Assembly (NCBI GenBank): GCA_016294035.1
Contig: JAEDCT010000004.1
Coordinates: 66,192-130,191, forward strand
Direction: 5' to 3'
Origin: Treponema sp.
GTDB lineage: Bacteria; Spirochaetota; Spirochaetia; Treponematales; Treponemataceae
DNA length: 64,000 bases
Shown here piece after piece: positions 40,346 through 49,406 of the stretch (the first letter of the stretch is position 1; every line of letters starts with the position of its first letter). A program made the position numbers and the translations under genes. The notes under the pieces are model-generated. The model was not told the DNA's origin and ran no database searches. It saw only the letters and a program-made list of their open reading frames with translations.

Positions 40346-40967
40346 AGATGCATTATCTTTGTATGGAATTACAGACAGATATTGGCTCAACGGTCGACCT
40401 TTGATACACGACGTGCAGCTGGCACTTGAGGGTGGAGTAACAATGATTCAGCTTCGTGAAAAAAATCTTGATGAAGAAAGTTTTTACAGGGAAGCAATTG
40501 AAATAAAAGAGCTATGCAAAAAATTCCATGTACCTTTTATTATCAATGATAATGTTGAACTTGCAAAGAAAGTTGATGCTGATGGAATTCATGTGGGGCA
40601 GAATGACATGGCAGCTCAGGATGTAAGGGCAATAATCGGGCCAGATAAAATTCTTGGTGTTTCAACCCAAACTGTTGAGGAAGCTCTTCTTGCACAGAAA
40701 ATGGGAGCTGACTATCTTGGTGTTGGTGCTGTTTTTCCAACAGGCTCAAAGGATGACTGCTGGGTTTTGTCCCATGATCTTTGCAGGGAAATCTGCAGTG
40801 CTGTCACCATTCCTGTTGTTGCAATTGGTGGAATCAATCTGGAAAACATAAGCAAACTCAGTGGACTTGGTTTTTCTGGCATAAGTTTGATCAGTGCCAT
40901 TTTTGGACAGAATGACATAAAGTCAGCCGCAATGAAACTTAAGGAAGAAGTTTCAAAGATTATTTAG
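40338..40967 (+). CDS. thiE: Thiamine phosphate synthase
   Basis: LYGITD, IQLREK, IINDNV, HVGQND, FPTGSK and VAIGGI. Confidence 0.96.
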   Translation: MNKDALSLYGITDRYWLNGRPLIHDVQLALEGGVTMIQLREKNLDEESFYREAIEIKELCKKFHVPFIINDNVELAKKVDADGIHVGQNDMAAQDVRAIIGPDKILGVSTQTVEEALLAQKMGADYLGVGAVFPTGSKDDCWVLSHDLCREICSAVTIPVVAIGGINLENISKLSGLGFSGISLISAIFGQNDIKSAAMKLKEEVSKII

Positions 40968-40981
40968 CTGATATTTTTCTG

Positions 40982-41638
40982 ATGGGTGCGAATATGATTT
41001 TTGAAGTTAAGGGCGCAATATTTGATTGTGATGGAACTATTCTGGATTCCATGCCTATATGGCAAAATTCTTCTTTTGTGTTTCTCAAGAAATTGGGAAT
41101 TACTGGAAAACCAGATTTACCTGAAAGGTTGTTTACGGCAACATTGCAGTCTGGGGCAGAACTTCTAAAATCAGAATATAGCCTTGATCTTTCCATAGAC
41201 GAAATCAAGAAAGGAATTATGGATGTTGTTGAAGATTTTTACAGGAATGAAGTTACCGTAAAAAATGGTGTATTTGAAATCCTTGAAAATTTTATTGACA
41301 GAAAAATTCCCTGTGTGGTTGTCAGTTCCGGTGAAAGAAAATTAATCGACATTGCTTTTGACAGGCTTGATCTTGGAAAGTATTTTAAGAAAATTCTTTG
41401 TGGTAAAAAAACAGATCCTAAGATTTTTCACGAGGCCTGCAGAGCTCTTTCTTTGACACCGGAAAATATTCTTGTTTTTGAAGACGCTCTGTATGCAATC
41501 AAAATTTCCAGAAACCTTGGATTCAAAACCTGCGGAGTTTATGATGAAGCCAGTAAGTGTGACTGGGAAGAAATTAAGGAAACAGCCCATGTTCACGGAA
41601 AATTCTGGCATGACATTATGACTGTTCTTCAAGATTGA
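40982..41638 (+). CDS. HAD-superfamily phosphatase
   Basis: Motif I FDCDGTILDS, motif II VVSS, K-x-DP and VFEDA. Confidence 0.9.
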   Translation: MGANMIFEVKGAIFDCDGTILDSMPIWQNSSFVFLKKLGITGKPDLPERLFTATLQSGAELLKSEYSLDLSIDEIKKGIMDVVEDFYRNEVTVKNGVFEILENFIDRKIPCVVVSSGERKLIDIAFDRLDLGKYFKKILCGKKTDPKIFHEACRALSLTPENILVFEDALYAIKISRNLGFKTCGVYDEASKCDWEEIKETAHVHGKFWHDIMTVLQD

Positions 41639-41660
41639 CTTTTTATGGGAGGAGGATTTG

Positions 41661-42458
41661 ATGAATACAGCTCTGACAATTGCTGGAAGTGATTCCTGCG
41701 GTGGTGCCGGTATACAGGCTGACATAAAAACAATGACCATGAACGGGGTATATGCAATGAGCGCTATTACGGCTCTTACTGCACAAAATACACTTGGTGT
41801 TAAATCCATTCTGAATTCTACTGCTGATTTTTTAAGGGATCAAATTGACTGTGTTTTTTCGGATATTTTTCCGGATGCAGTCAAGGTAGGCATGGTTTCA
41901 AGTGTTGAACTTATTGAAGTGATTGCTGACCGGTTAAAGTTTTATGAGGCAAGAAATGTTGTGGTTGATCCTGTCATGGTTGCAACCAGCGGGGCAAGTT
42001 TGATCAAAGATGAAGCTGTTGATGTTTTATGCACAAAAATTTTCCCCCTTGCGGATTTGATAACGCCAAATATTCCAGAAGCAGAAGTTTTTGTCGGGAA
42101 AAAAATTTCAAATGAAACAGATATGATGGATGCTGCCAGAAAAATTGGTTCCATGTTCAATGTGGATGTTCTCATAAAGGGCGGCCATAGTCTCAATGAT
42201 GCAAATGATTTTCTTTTTTCACACAAAAAAAATCTTTCAAAATGGTTCATGGGAAAAAGAATTGAAAACAGAAACACCCACGGAACTGGATGCACTTTAT
42301 CAAGTGCAATTGCAGCAGGTCTTGCAAAGGGAAAGAATGTTGAGGAATCTATTGCTCTTGCAAAGGATTATATATCACATTGTCTTGAGGCTAGTCTGGA
42401 TTTGGGAAAAGGATCTGGACCACTCATGCACAACTATCTGCTTAATGAGTTAAGCTGA
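41661..42458 (+). CDS. thiD: HMP/HMP-P kinase
   Basis: LTIAGSDSCGGAGIQAD, VVDPVM, TPNIPEAE and THGTGCTLSSA. Confidence 0.97.
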   Translation: MNTALTIAGSDSCGGAGIQADIKTMTMNGVYAMSAITALTAQNTLGVKSILNSTADFLRDQIDCVFSDIFPDAVKVGMVSSVELIEVIADRLKFYEARNVVVDPVMVATSGASLIKDEAVDVLCTKIFPLADLITPNIPEAEVFVGKKISNETDMMDAARKIGSMFNVDVLIKGGHSLNDANDFLFSHKKNLSKWFMGKRIENRNTHGTGCTLSSAIAAGLAKGKNVEESIALAKDYISHCLEASLDLGKGSGPLMHNYLLNELS

Positions 42459-42501
42459 TTTTTTATTTAATACGTAGTTATTTTAAGGAGAAATATCAAA
42501 A

Positions 42502-43806
42502 ATGGAAAACTATTCAACTCAGATGGATGCTGCCAGACGTGGCATTGTAACGGATCAGATTAAGATTGTTGCAGAAAAAGAAAAAATGTCAGTTGAGGAA
42601 CTCATGCCACTGGTTGCTTCGGGAAAAGTGGCAATTCCATGCAATAAAAAACACAAGTGTATAAACCCTGAAGGTGTTGGTTCAATGCTCAGAACAAAAA
42701 TAAATGTTAATCTTGGTGTGAGCCGTGACTGCAAGGACTATGATGTTGAAATGCAGAAAGTCATGGCTGCCGTAGAAATGGGTGCTGAGGCAATTATGGA
42801 TCTTTCAAGTCATGGAAACACAATACCTTTCAGAAGAAAACTGGTTGAGGAATGTCCTGCCATGATTGGAACCGTACCTGTTTATGATAGTGTGATTCAT
42901 TATCAGAGAGATCTTGCTTCACTTACTGCAAAAGATTTTATTGATGTTGTAAGGCTTCATGCTGAGGATGGAGTAGATTTCGTAACATTGCATTGCGGAA
43001 TCACTCGAAAAACTATTGAACAGATCAAGAAGCATAAGAGAACCATGAATATTGTAAGCCGTGGCGGTTCACTTGTTTTTGCATGGATGTCCATGACTGG
43101 AAATGAAAATCCATTCTACGAATATTATGATGAAATCCTTGAAATTTGCCGTGAGCACGATGTTACAATTTCTCTGGGGGATGCATGCCGTCCAGGATGT
43201 CTTGCCGATGCCAGTGATGTCTGCCAGATTGAAGAATTGGTTCGTCTCGGGGAACTTACAAAGCGTGCCTGGGAAAAAGATGTTCAGGTAATGGTTGAGG
43301 GGCCTGGTCACATGCCTATGGATCAGATTGCCGCAAACATGAAAATACAGCAGACAATCTGCATGGGGGCTCCATTCTATGTCCTCGGTCCGCTGGTTAC
43401 TGATATTGCACCTGGATATGATCACATTACTTCTGCCATTGGTGGAGCCATTGCTGCCCAGAATGGAGCTGCTTTCCTTTGCTATGTAACACCTGCCGAG
43501 CATCTGGCACTGCCAAATGTTGATGACGTCAAGCAGGGAATCATTGCATCCAAGATTGCGGCACATGCTGCTGACATTGCAAAGGGTGTAAAGGGTGCCA
43601 TTGACATGGACAAGAAAATGGCAGTTGCAAGACAAAAGCTTGACTGGGAAGCACAGTGGGAATGTGCCCTGGATCCAGAAACAGCCAGGTCAATCCGTGA
43701 CAGCCGAGCTCCCGAGCATGATGATACCTGTTCCATGTGCGGAAAATTCTGTGCAGTACGCAGCATGAACAAGGCTCTTGCTGGTGAAATCATTGATATC
43801 CTGTAA
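42502..43806 (+). CDS. thiC: Phosphomethylpyrimidine synthase (short form)
   Basis: [26 protein letters not shown] and C-terminal CSMCGKFC. Confidence 0.97.
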   Translation: MENYSTQMDAARRGIVTDQIKIVAEKEKMSVEELMPLVASGKVAIPCNKKHKCINPEGVGSMLRTKINVNLGVSRDCKDYDVEMQKVMAAVEMGAEAIMDLSSHGNTIPFRRKLVEECPAMIGTVPVYDSVIHYQRDLASLTAKDFIDVVRLHAEDGVDFVTLHCGITRKTIEQIKKHKRTMNIVSRGGSLVFAWMSMTGNENPFYEYYDEILEICREHDVTISLGDACRPGCLADASDVCQIEELVRLGELTKRAWEKDVQVMVEGPGHMPMDQIAANMKIQQTICMGAPFYVLGPLVTDIAPGYDHITSAIGGAIAAQNGAAFLCYVTPAEHLALPNVDDVKQGIIASKIAAHAADIAKGVKGAIDMDKKMAVARQKLDWEAQWECALDPETARSIRDSRAPEHDDTCSMCGKFCAVRSMNKALAGEIIDIL

Positions 43807-43894
43807 TCAGTTTTTTTTGAATTTATTTCCTTTGCAAAATCCAGTCGTAATATGAATTTTTTTGTGTTATAATATTGCCATAAGGAATGTTGAT

Positions 43895-46780
43895 ATGAGT
43901 CAGATTGATTTGTTTAGTAAAGTTAAGCCGTTGTTCTCTGGGTTGGATATAAATGATAAATATTCCCTTTACGAATTCAATTTCAATTCTGGCGTGCTTT
44001 GTTCCATTTCTTTTGAAAATGACAGCACTAATTCTACCTTTGCAGTTGACAAATTCATTGCAAATTTCAAGGAATCACTTGCCGGGACTTATGTAAAAAA
44101 AATTGACGAGGGCTGGAAAGAATTCTGCTCCTGTGGTACAGGCAAAGTGTTTGATTTTGGACCATTGAGAACAAAGAAAAAGGGTAAGGACGGAAAATAT
44201 TTTTGGGTAACTGTTAGAGCCCTGAAATTTGTTGGTGACAATAATTCTGTCATGGCCTATTTCCTTGTCTGTGACTATACTACTCAGGCTCAGAATCAGA
44301 TTTTGCAGAACAGAATAAAGAAAAGAGATGATTTTTACGAGAAACTCCTTGGTATTTCAAAGCTTTTTTCCTGTTCCCAGATTTTCAAGATCAACACGGA
44401 TGATGATTATTCCGTTGTTCAGCTTTCTCTTGAAAATGGTGTTCTGACTGAAAGTCCACTGCAGGAAAACTGGCCTGATTATTGCAAGAAAATTTCTAAA
44501 GATGTTTATGCTGATGATATTGACGTTTTCTTTTCCGGCACAGATGTAACTCATTTTCAAATGAATGATGAGGGAAAGAAATCTGAGTTTACATACCGCA
44601 CAAAACAGTTCAATACGGATGACAGTTACTCTCTGGTTGAGTCATCCATGACCTATGAAGGATCAGTTGCCATTTTCACGACTTCAATAAATGATGTCAG
44701 CTCCATTCATGTAAATAATCTTTCTGAAACTGATGCTCCGGTTTATATGGACCCATACAAAAGAGCCATTGTAACAGATGCAAATATTTTCTTTGAGTTT
44801 AACGTTACAAAGAATCAGATCATAGGTGAACCAATTCAGAGGGTGAATAATTCTATTGTTAAACTGATTGATTCCTTTGGCCTCTCAGAAAACTGCAAGT
44901 ACACTGAGTTTGTTGATAACCTGTGCTGGGACATGAGTGGAAAAGAAAAAAAGACTTTCCGCTCTAATATGGACATACTTTATCTTACTGACAGCTACAT
45001 TTCCGGCCGCTATGAATTGTGGTTCGATTTCCAGCGGGTAAATTTTTCTGGGGATACTTTCTGGTCAAGGAATACTGTTATTCTCACTAAGGATGAAAAA
45101 TCCGGCGATATAATCGGTCTTTCAGTTGTAAAGGACATTACGCAGAATTATGCCGGCAAACAGGAAATGCTCTATCAGCTTGATGTTATTAATGCCCTTT
45201 CAAATGACTATTCCAACGTTTATATGGTCAATCTCTTTTCAAGTCATATCAGGGTTATTCGTGTAAATGACAAGATTGGCTCTTTCTATTCCGAGGATTT
45301 TGGAGACCAGCGCTATGAGGATGCCATGGATTTTTATATCAGTGTTTCGGTTTATGAAGGTGACCGTGACATGATGCGAATGGCATTTTCCCGCGAGAAT
45401 ATTCTTCACCAGCTTTCTTCAAAAGAAAGTTTCTATGTCAATTACCGTTCCTACATAAATAACAAGCTTTCCTACATGAAGCTCAAGGTTGTCAGAATGG
45501 GTGAATCGAAGGATTATTCGAATTTCCTTCTGGGATTCATGAATGTTGATGATGACATAGAGCATGAAATGAAGCAGAGAAAGATGCTGCAGGATGCCTT
45601 GTCAATGGCTGAAAACGCAAACCGCGCAAAGACTCTGTTCCTTTCAAATATGAGCCATGATATCCGAACTCCAATGAATGCCATTGTTGGTTTCACGACT
45701 CTTGCGGAGAGTTCTGTATTCAATCCGGAACAGACTCAAAATTATCTTGCAAAGATCAAATCATCAAGCAACCATCTTCTTGGACTCATAAATGATGTTC
45801 TTGACATGTCACGCATTGAAAGCGGAAAGATCACCTTGCAGCTTCAGCCAACAAGCATTGAAAAGATTATCACGGATGTTGAAAACGTAATGCAGTCTCA
45901 GATGCAGATTAAGAATCTTAAGTTTACCATCAAAAGGCACGGTAATCTTACAAAGCAGATTCTCTGCGACAACCTGCGCCTTAACCAGATCCTTATCAAT
46001 ATCATAGGTAATTCTGTAAAATATACCAAAGATGGTGGATTCATTGACTTCACTGTTTCAGAAACTCCTCAGGTTGCTGAAGGATTTACTTCTTATCAGT
46101 TCAGAATCAAGGATAACGGTATTGGAATGACAAAGAAATTCAAGGAGCGTCTTTTCCAGCCTTTTGAGCGTGACGAGAACAGCTTTAAGTCTCAGATTCA
46201 GGGAACAGGTCTTGGTCTTGCCATCACAAAGAATCTTGTTGATATAATGCAGGGGTCAATCTTTGTAAATAGTGAGGAAGGTCATGGAACTGAATTCCTC
46301 ATTTGCCTTGATTTTGAAAACACAAATTCCAGGGAGGATCCTGTTGTTACCCAAAGGTCCCATGACTTCTCAAAGGAAAAATTCAAGGGAGTCAAGATTC
46401 TTCTTGTTGAAGACAATGAGCTTAACCGGGATATTGCCCGCGAGCTTTTGAAGCAGGTTGGAATCGAAGTTGAAGAAGCCGAAAACGGATCCATTGGAAT
46501 TGAAAAGCTTGAAAGCCATTCCGGGGATTATTATTCTGTGGTTCTCATGGATGTTCAGATGCCTGTAATGAATGGTATTGAGGCAACAAAAATAATCCGC
46601 GAGCTTCCTGATGCAAAGAAGGCAAATATTCCGATTGTTGCAATGACTGCAAATGCCTTTGACGAGGACAAGCGTGTTGCCCTTGATGCCGGAATGGATT
46701 CCTTTGTTCCAAAACCATTTGAAATTTCAGATCTTCTGAATGTCTTGAGTCAGATGATTGACAAGAGAAATTCCATTTAG
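43895..46780 (+). CDS. Cytoplasmic hybrid sensor histidine kinase / receiver
   Basis: FLSNMSHDIRTPMN, NIIGNSVKYT, DNGIG, GTGLGL and receiver LVEDN/MDVQMP/KP. PAS-like N-terminus with no TM. Confidence 0.93.
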   Translation: MSQIDLFSKVKPLFSGLDINDKYSLYEFNFNSGVLCSISFENDSTNSTFAVDKFIANFKESLAGTYVKKIDEGWKEFCSCGTGKVFDFGPLRTKKKGKDGKYFWVTVRALKFVGDNNSVMAYFLVCDYTTQAQNQILQNRIKKRDDFYEKLLGISKLFSCSQIFKINTDDDYSVVQLSLENGVLTESPLQENWPDYCKKISKDVYADDIDVFFSGTDVTHFQMNDEGKKSEFTYRTKQFNTDDSYSLVESSMTYEGSVAIFTTSINDVSSIHVNNLSETDAPVYMDPYKRAIVTDANIFFEFNVTKNQIIGEPIQRVNNSIVKLIDSFGLSENCKYTEFVDNLCWDMSGKEKKTFRSNMDILYLTDSYISGRYELWFDFQRVNFSGDTFWSRNTVILTKDEKSGDIIGLSVVKDITQNYAGKQEMLYQLDVINALSNDYSNVYMVNLFSSHIRVIRVNDKIGSFYSEDFGDQRYEDAMDFYISVSVYEGDRDMMRMAFSRENILHQLSSKESFYVNYRSYINNKLSYMKLKVVRMGESKDYSNFLLGFMNVDDDIEHEMKQRKMLQDALSMAENANRAKTLFLSNMSHDIRTPMNAIVGFTTLAESSVFNPEQTQNYLAKIKSSSNHLLGLINDVLDMSRIESGKITLQLQPTSIEKIITDVENVMQSQMQIKNLKFTIKRHGNLTKQILCDNLRLNQILINIIGNSVKYTKDGGFIDFTVSETPQVAEGFTSYQFRIKDNGIGMTKKFKERLFQPFERDENSFKSQIQGTGLGLAITKNLVDIMQGSIFVNSEEGHGTEFLICLDFENTNSREDPVVTQRSHDFSKEKFKGVKILLVEDNELNRDIARELLKQVGIEVEEAENGSIGIEKLESHSGDYYSVVLMDVQMPVMNGIEATKIIRELPDAKKANIPIVAMTANAFDEDKRVALDAGMDSFVPKPFEISDLLNVLSQMIDKRNSI

Positions 46781-46786
46781 TAGTAT
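46758..46786 (+). promoter_or_regulatory. Sigma70 promoter of the queuosine-precursor transporter, overlapping the kinase 3' end
   Basis: TTGACA-17 bp-TAGTAT. Confidence 0.7.
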
Positions 46787-46790
46787 GCTG

Positions 46791-46874
46791 TTCTTCCCTG
46801 ATCCATTAGTTTGTTTCGGGAAGAATATATAAAGCTGTCAGTTAGTTTACCAACCTGACATAAAACAAAAGGAG
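46791..46874 (+). ncRNA. Structured 5' leader, candidate preQ1-I-like riboswitch variant
   Basis: Hairpin TGTCAG-13 nt loop-CTGACA plus A-rich tail running into GGAG, preceded by a second hairpin; downstream gene is a queuosine-precursor transporter. Confidence 0.45.
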
Positions 46875-46880
46875 TCCCTC

Positions 46881-47585
46881 ATGTCATTTATTAATGAAAT
46901 ACTGATTGCCTGTTCAATCCCTGTTTTTTTTGGTTTCCTGGTTTTTCTTTTCCGTGTTTTTGGGAAGACTGGAATTTATGCCTGGCTCGTTCTTGAGGCA
47001 ATTGCCGCAAACATTGAAGTTCTCATTCTTGTGAATGCATTTGGAATGGAACAGACCCTGGGCAATGTTCTTTTTGCATCAAGCTTTCTCGCCACTGACA
47101 TTCTCAGTGAAATATACGGAAAGAAAGAAGCTTCAAAGGCTGTCTGGGTTGGAATCACGTCACTTATTATTTTTGTTGTAATCAGTGTAAGCTGGCAGTT
47201 CTTCACTGTTTCCGAGAATGATTTTTGCTCAAAGAGTATTCGCGAGGTTTTTGCTGTTACTCCAAGAATAATGGCTGCAAGTCTTCTCGGGTATCTTGTG
47301 AGTGAGCTTTACGATGTGTGGGTTTATCACAAGATATGGGAAAAGAGCACAAAATCAACAGGTGACAAGTCAAGGTATCTCTGGCTTAGAAACAACGGTT
47401 CGACTCTTTCTTCTCAGCTTATTAACACACTGATTTTTACATTCCTTGCTTTTGCAGGAACCTATGATTTCAAGACATTGATTTCAATTGCAATATCAAG
47501 CTATGTGATTTATGTGTTTACATCACTTTTTGATACACCGTTTATTTATCTTGCAAGAAAGCTTGCCCCAAAGGTGAGGGATTAG
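46881..47585 (+). CDS. Queuosine precursor transporter (YhhQ/DUF165 family)
   Basis: TLGNVLFASSFLATDILSEIYGKKEA, RIMAASL, LWLRNNGSTLSSQLIN and DTPFIY. Confidence 0.9.
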   Translation: MSFINEILIACSIPVFFGFLVFLFRVFGKTGIYAWLVLEAIAANIEVLILVNAFGMEQTLGNVLFASSFLATDILSEIYGKKEASKAVWVGITSLIIFVVISVSWQFFTVSENDFCSKSIREVFAVTPRIMAASLLGYLVSELYDVWVYHKIWEKSTKSTGDKSRYLWLRNNGSTLSSQLINTLIFTFLAFAGTYDFKTLISIAISSYVIYVFTSLFDTPFIYLARKLAPKVRD

Positions 47586-47603
47586 TTTCTTCTTGAAAAC
47601 AAT

Positions 47604-47653
47604 AATGCCATGGATCAGCTGATGGTAATAAGGCTTTTTCATGGCATTTTTTT
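47604..47653. terminator. Intrinsic terminator between convergent genes
   Basis: AATGCCATG ... CATGGCATT followed by a T tract. Confidence 0.7.
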
Positions 47654-47674
47654 ATGAGTAGTGTCAGATTTGAT

Positions 47675-48487
47675 TCAGACTGTCTTTCTGGCAGCCTTTT
47701 CAAGTCTCTTCAGTGCCCTCATTTCAGTCTGTCTTACTGCTTCTGGACTTACACCAATAATCTTTGAAACTTCCCTGAGTGTTTTTCCTGACATTTCCTC
47801 ATCAAAGTTGTAGCGATACCACAGAACCTTCTTTTCGTTTCCCGGAAGTGAGTCCATGAGCTCGTGAACAATTTTCTTTGTTTCCTTTGTGACAAGGAGG
47901 TTTTCAGGACTGTATGTTGTGTCTGAAATAAGATCTCCGATAGTGCATGAGTTTGCATCGTCCCCGGCCTTTACATCCAGAGATGCCATAGTGTATGAAT
48001 AATCCATTGTGGAAATAATCTTGTCCATCTCAATTCCAGTGAACAAAGACAATTCACTGACTGTTGCCTCTCGTCCGTTCTGCTGGAAGAAGTAAGCCTG
48101 GGCATTCTGAATTTTCTTTATCATCATTTCCTTTCTGTGAGGAATGGAGATGAGGGAAGAATGATTGTCTATATATCTTAGAATGTACTGGGTAATCCAT
48201 GGATAGGCATAGGTTGAAAAACGAGTCTGAAATGTGTGGCTGAATTTTCCTCCGGCAACCATAAGACCCATGTTTCCTTCCTGAATAAGGTCCATGAGGA
48301 ATTCCGAATCCTTGCAAATCTTTGTGGCAATGCTGACTACCAGCTTGAGATTTGAGTTGATGAGCTTTGTAAGGGAAGCTTTGTCTCCTTTCTGGATTTT
48401 TACAGAAAGATCTTTTTCTTCTGCTTCATTCAGCAAAGGGTATTTGTTAATGGAAGCAAGGTAAGCCTTAATAGTTTGATTGTTCAT
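47675..48487 (-). CDS. Alternative sigma70-family factor lacking region 1.1 (RpoS-like)
   Basis: Region 1.2 YLASINKYPLL, region 2 NLKLVVSIA/DLIQEGNMGL/RFSTYA and region 4 TLREVSKIIGVSPEAVRQTE. Confidence 0.9.
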   Translation of the reverse strand: MNNQTIKAYLASINKYPLLNEAEEKDLSVKIQKGDKASLTKLINSNLKLVVSIATKICKDSEFLMDLIQEGNMGLMVAGGKFSHTFQTRFSTYAYPWITQYILRYIDNHSSLISIPHRKEMMIKKIQNAQAYFFQQNGREATVSELSLFTGIEMDKIISTMDYSYTMASLDVKAGDDANSCTIGDLISDTTYSPENLLVTKETKKIVHELMDSLPGNEKKVLWYRYNFDEEMSGKTLREVSKIIGVSPEAVRQTEMRALKRLEKAARKTV

Positions 48488-48500
48488 GGCACTAAATATA

Positions 48501-48517
48501 TGCATATATTATGCCAA
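48501..48517 (-). promoter_or_regulatory. Sigma54 (-24/-12) promoter of the sigma-factor gene
   Basis: Minus strand reads TTGGCATAATATATGCA, which is GG-N10-GC. Confidence 0.7.
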
Positions 48518-48683
48518 GTGGTGAAATTTCCTATTTGGTCATTACGTGTTGATTAGGAAATTTTAATTCATTTAGAGAAAATAGAGATTCAATCAGGTGA
48601 ATTTGGTCACGACTGACTGAATTTTATGTCAAAAATGTAAATTTTATTGGAAAATACAAAAAATCCTTGTGCATAAAAATATA

Positions 48684-48739
48684 CACTGTATGATATTTAG
48701 TACAGTGACTTAGAGTACTGTATAAAAAAAGATACAGTA
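48684..48739. promoter_or_regulatory. Two tandem 24-bp palindromes (ACTGTA-N10-TACAGT), candidate enhancer-binding-protein sites
   Basis: CACTGTA-N10-TACAGTG (48684-48707) and TACTGTA-N10-TACAGTA (48716-48739), with centres 32 bp apart. Confidence 0.65.
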
Positions 48740-48806
48740 TCTTGTCTTTCATGTACTTTTTTCTGTTCCTTGAATTATTTGCTGTAATAGTGGTATACTT
48801 TCTGAC

Positions 48807-49400
48807 ATGGATGAAATGAACAGAATCAATGCTAGTGGCCGGTCAAGGATTATTCTTGGTGCCGGGTTTATTCTTCTGGTTTTGGGTATTGCTCTGTGCC
48901 TGAACGCTCTTTATGACGGAACCAGGCAGGGTATTTTCTTGCCTGTGACTTTATTTGTCGTCGGTGAATTTTTTCTCTATGTGGCTTTCTGTCTGTCCAG
49001 AAAATCCTTTCTCATTTCCCTTGGCTTCATGTTTATTTTTGATGGAGTTCTTTTCAGTGTTATTTCTCTTGGTTTCACTGACTATACAATTTCCCAGTTG
49101 TGGCCGGTAATTGTCATCAATGCGGGGCTTTCTCTTGTTCCTGCAGATTTTTTCATTCATAAGAGACTGAGAACGATTTTTCTTTTCCCGGCAATTCTCC
49201 TTTTGGGAATGGGGATTCTGTTCCTCATGTTTTCTTGTCACGTTATTCAGTGTTCTTTCATGGAATTTGCCGTTATGGCAGCTCCTTTCTTTCTTATTCT
49301 TGTTGGTATTGTTCTTATTGGTATTTATATTGCCCAGCAGCTTAGAAAAAAAGATTTTCCCTACATGGAAGATGATTCTGATATTACATCGGGCGATTAG
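48807..49400 (+). CDS. Small polytopic membrane protein (LiaF/LiaI-like TM region)
   Basis: About 6 TMs with a QLWPVIVI..GL motif. Confidence 0.6.
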   Translation: MDEMNRINASGRSRIILGAGFILLVLGIALCLNALYDGTRQGIFLPVTLFVVGEFFLYVAFCLSRKSFLISLGFMFIFDGVLFSVISLGFTDYTISQLWPVIVINAGLSLVPADFFIHKRLRTIFLFPAILLLGMGILFLMFSCHVIQCSFMEFAVMAAPFFLILVGIVLIGIYIAQQLRKKDFPYMEDDSDITSGD

Positions 49401-49406
49401 TTTTTC

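Noticed and set aside
48487..48504. Plus-strand TGGCAC...TGCA as a second sigma54 promoter
   Set aside because: GG-GC spacing is 12, not 10; it is a by-product of the palindrome.
48684..48739. Palindromes resemble the E. coli LexA SOS box (TACTGTA...TACAGTA)
   Set aside because: Spacing is CTGT-N12-ACAG rather than N8 in both copies, and the neighbouring genes are not SOS genes.
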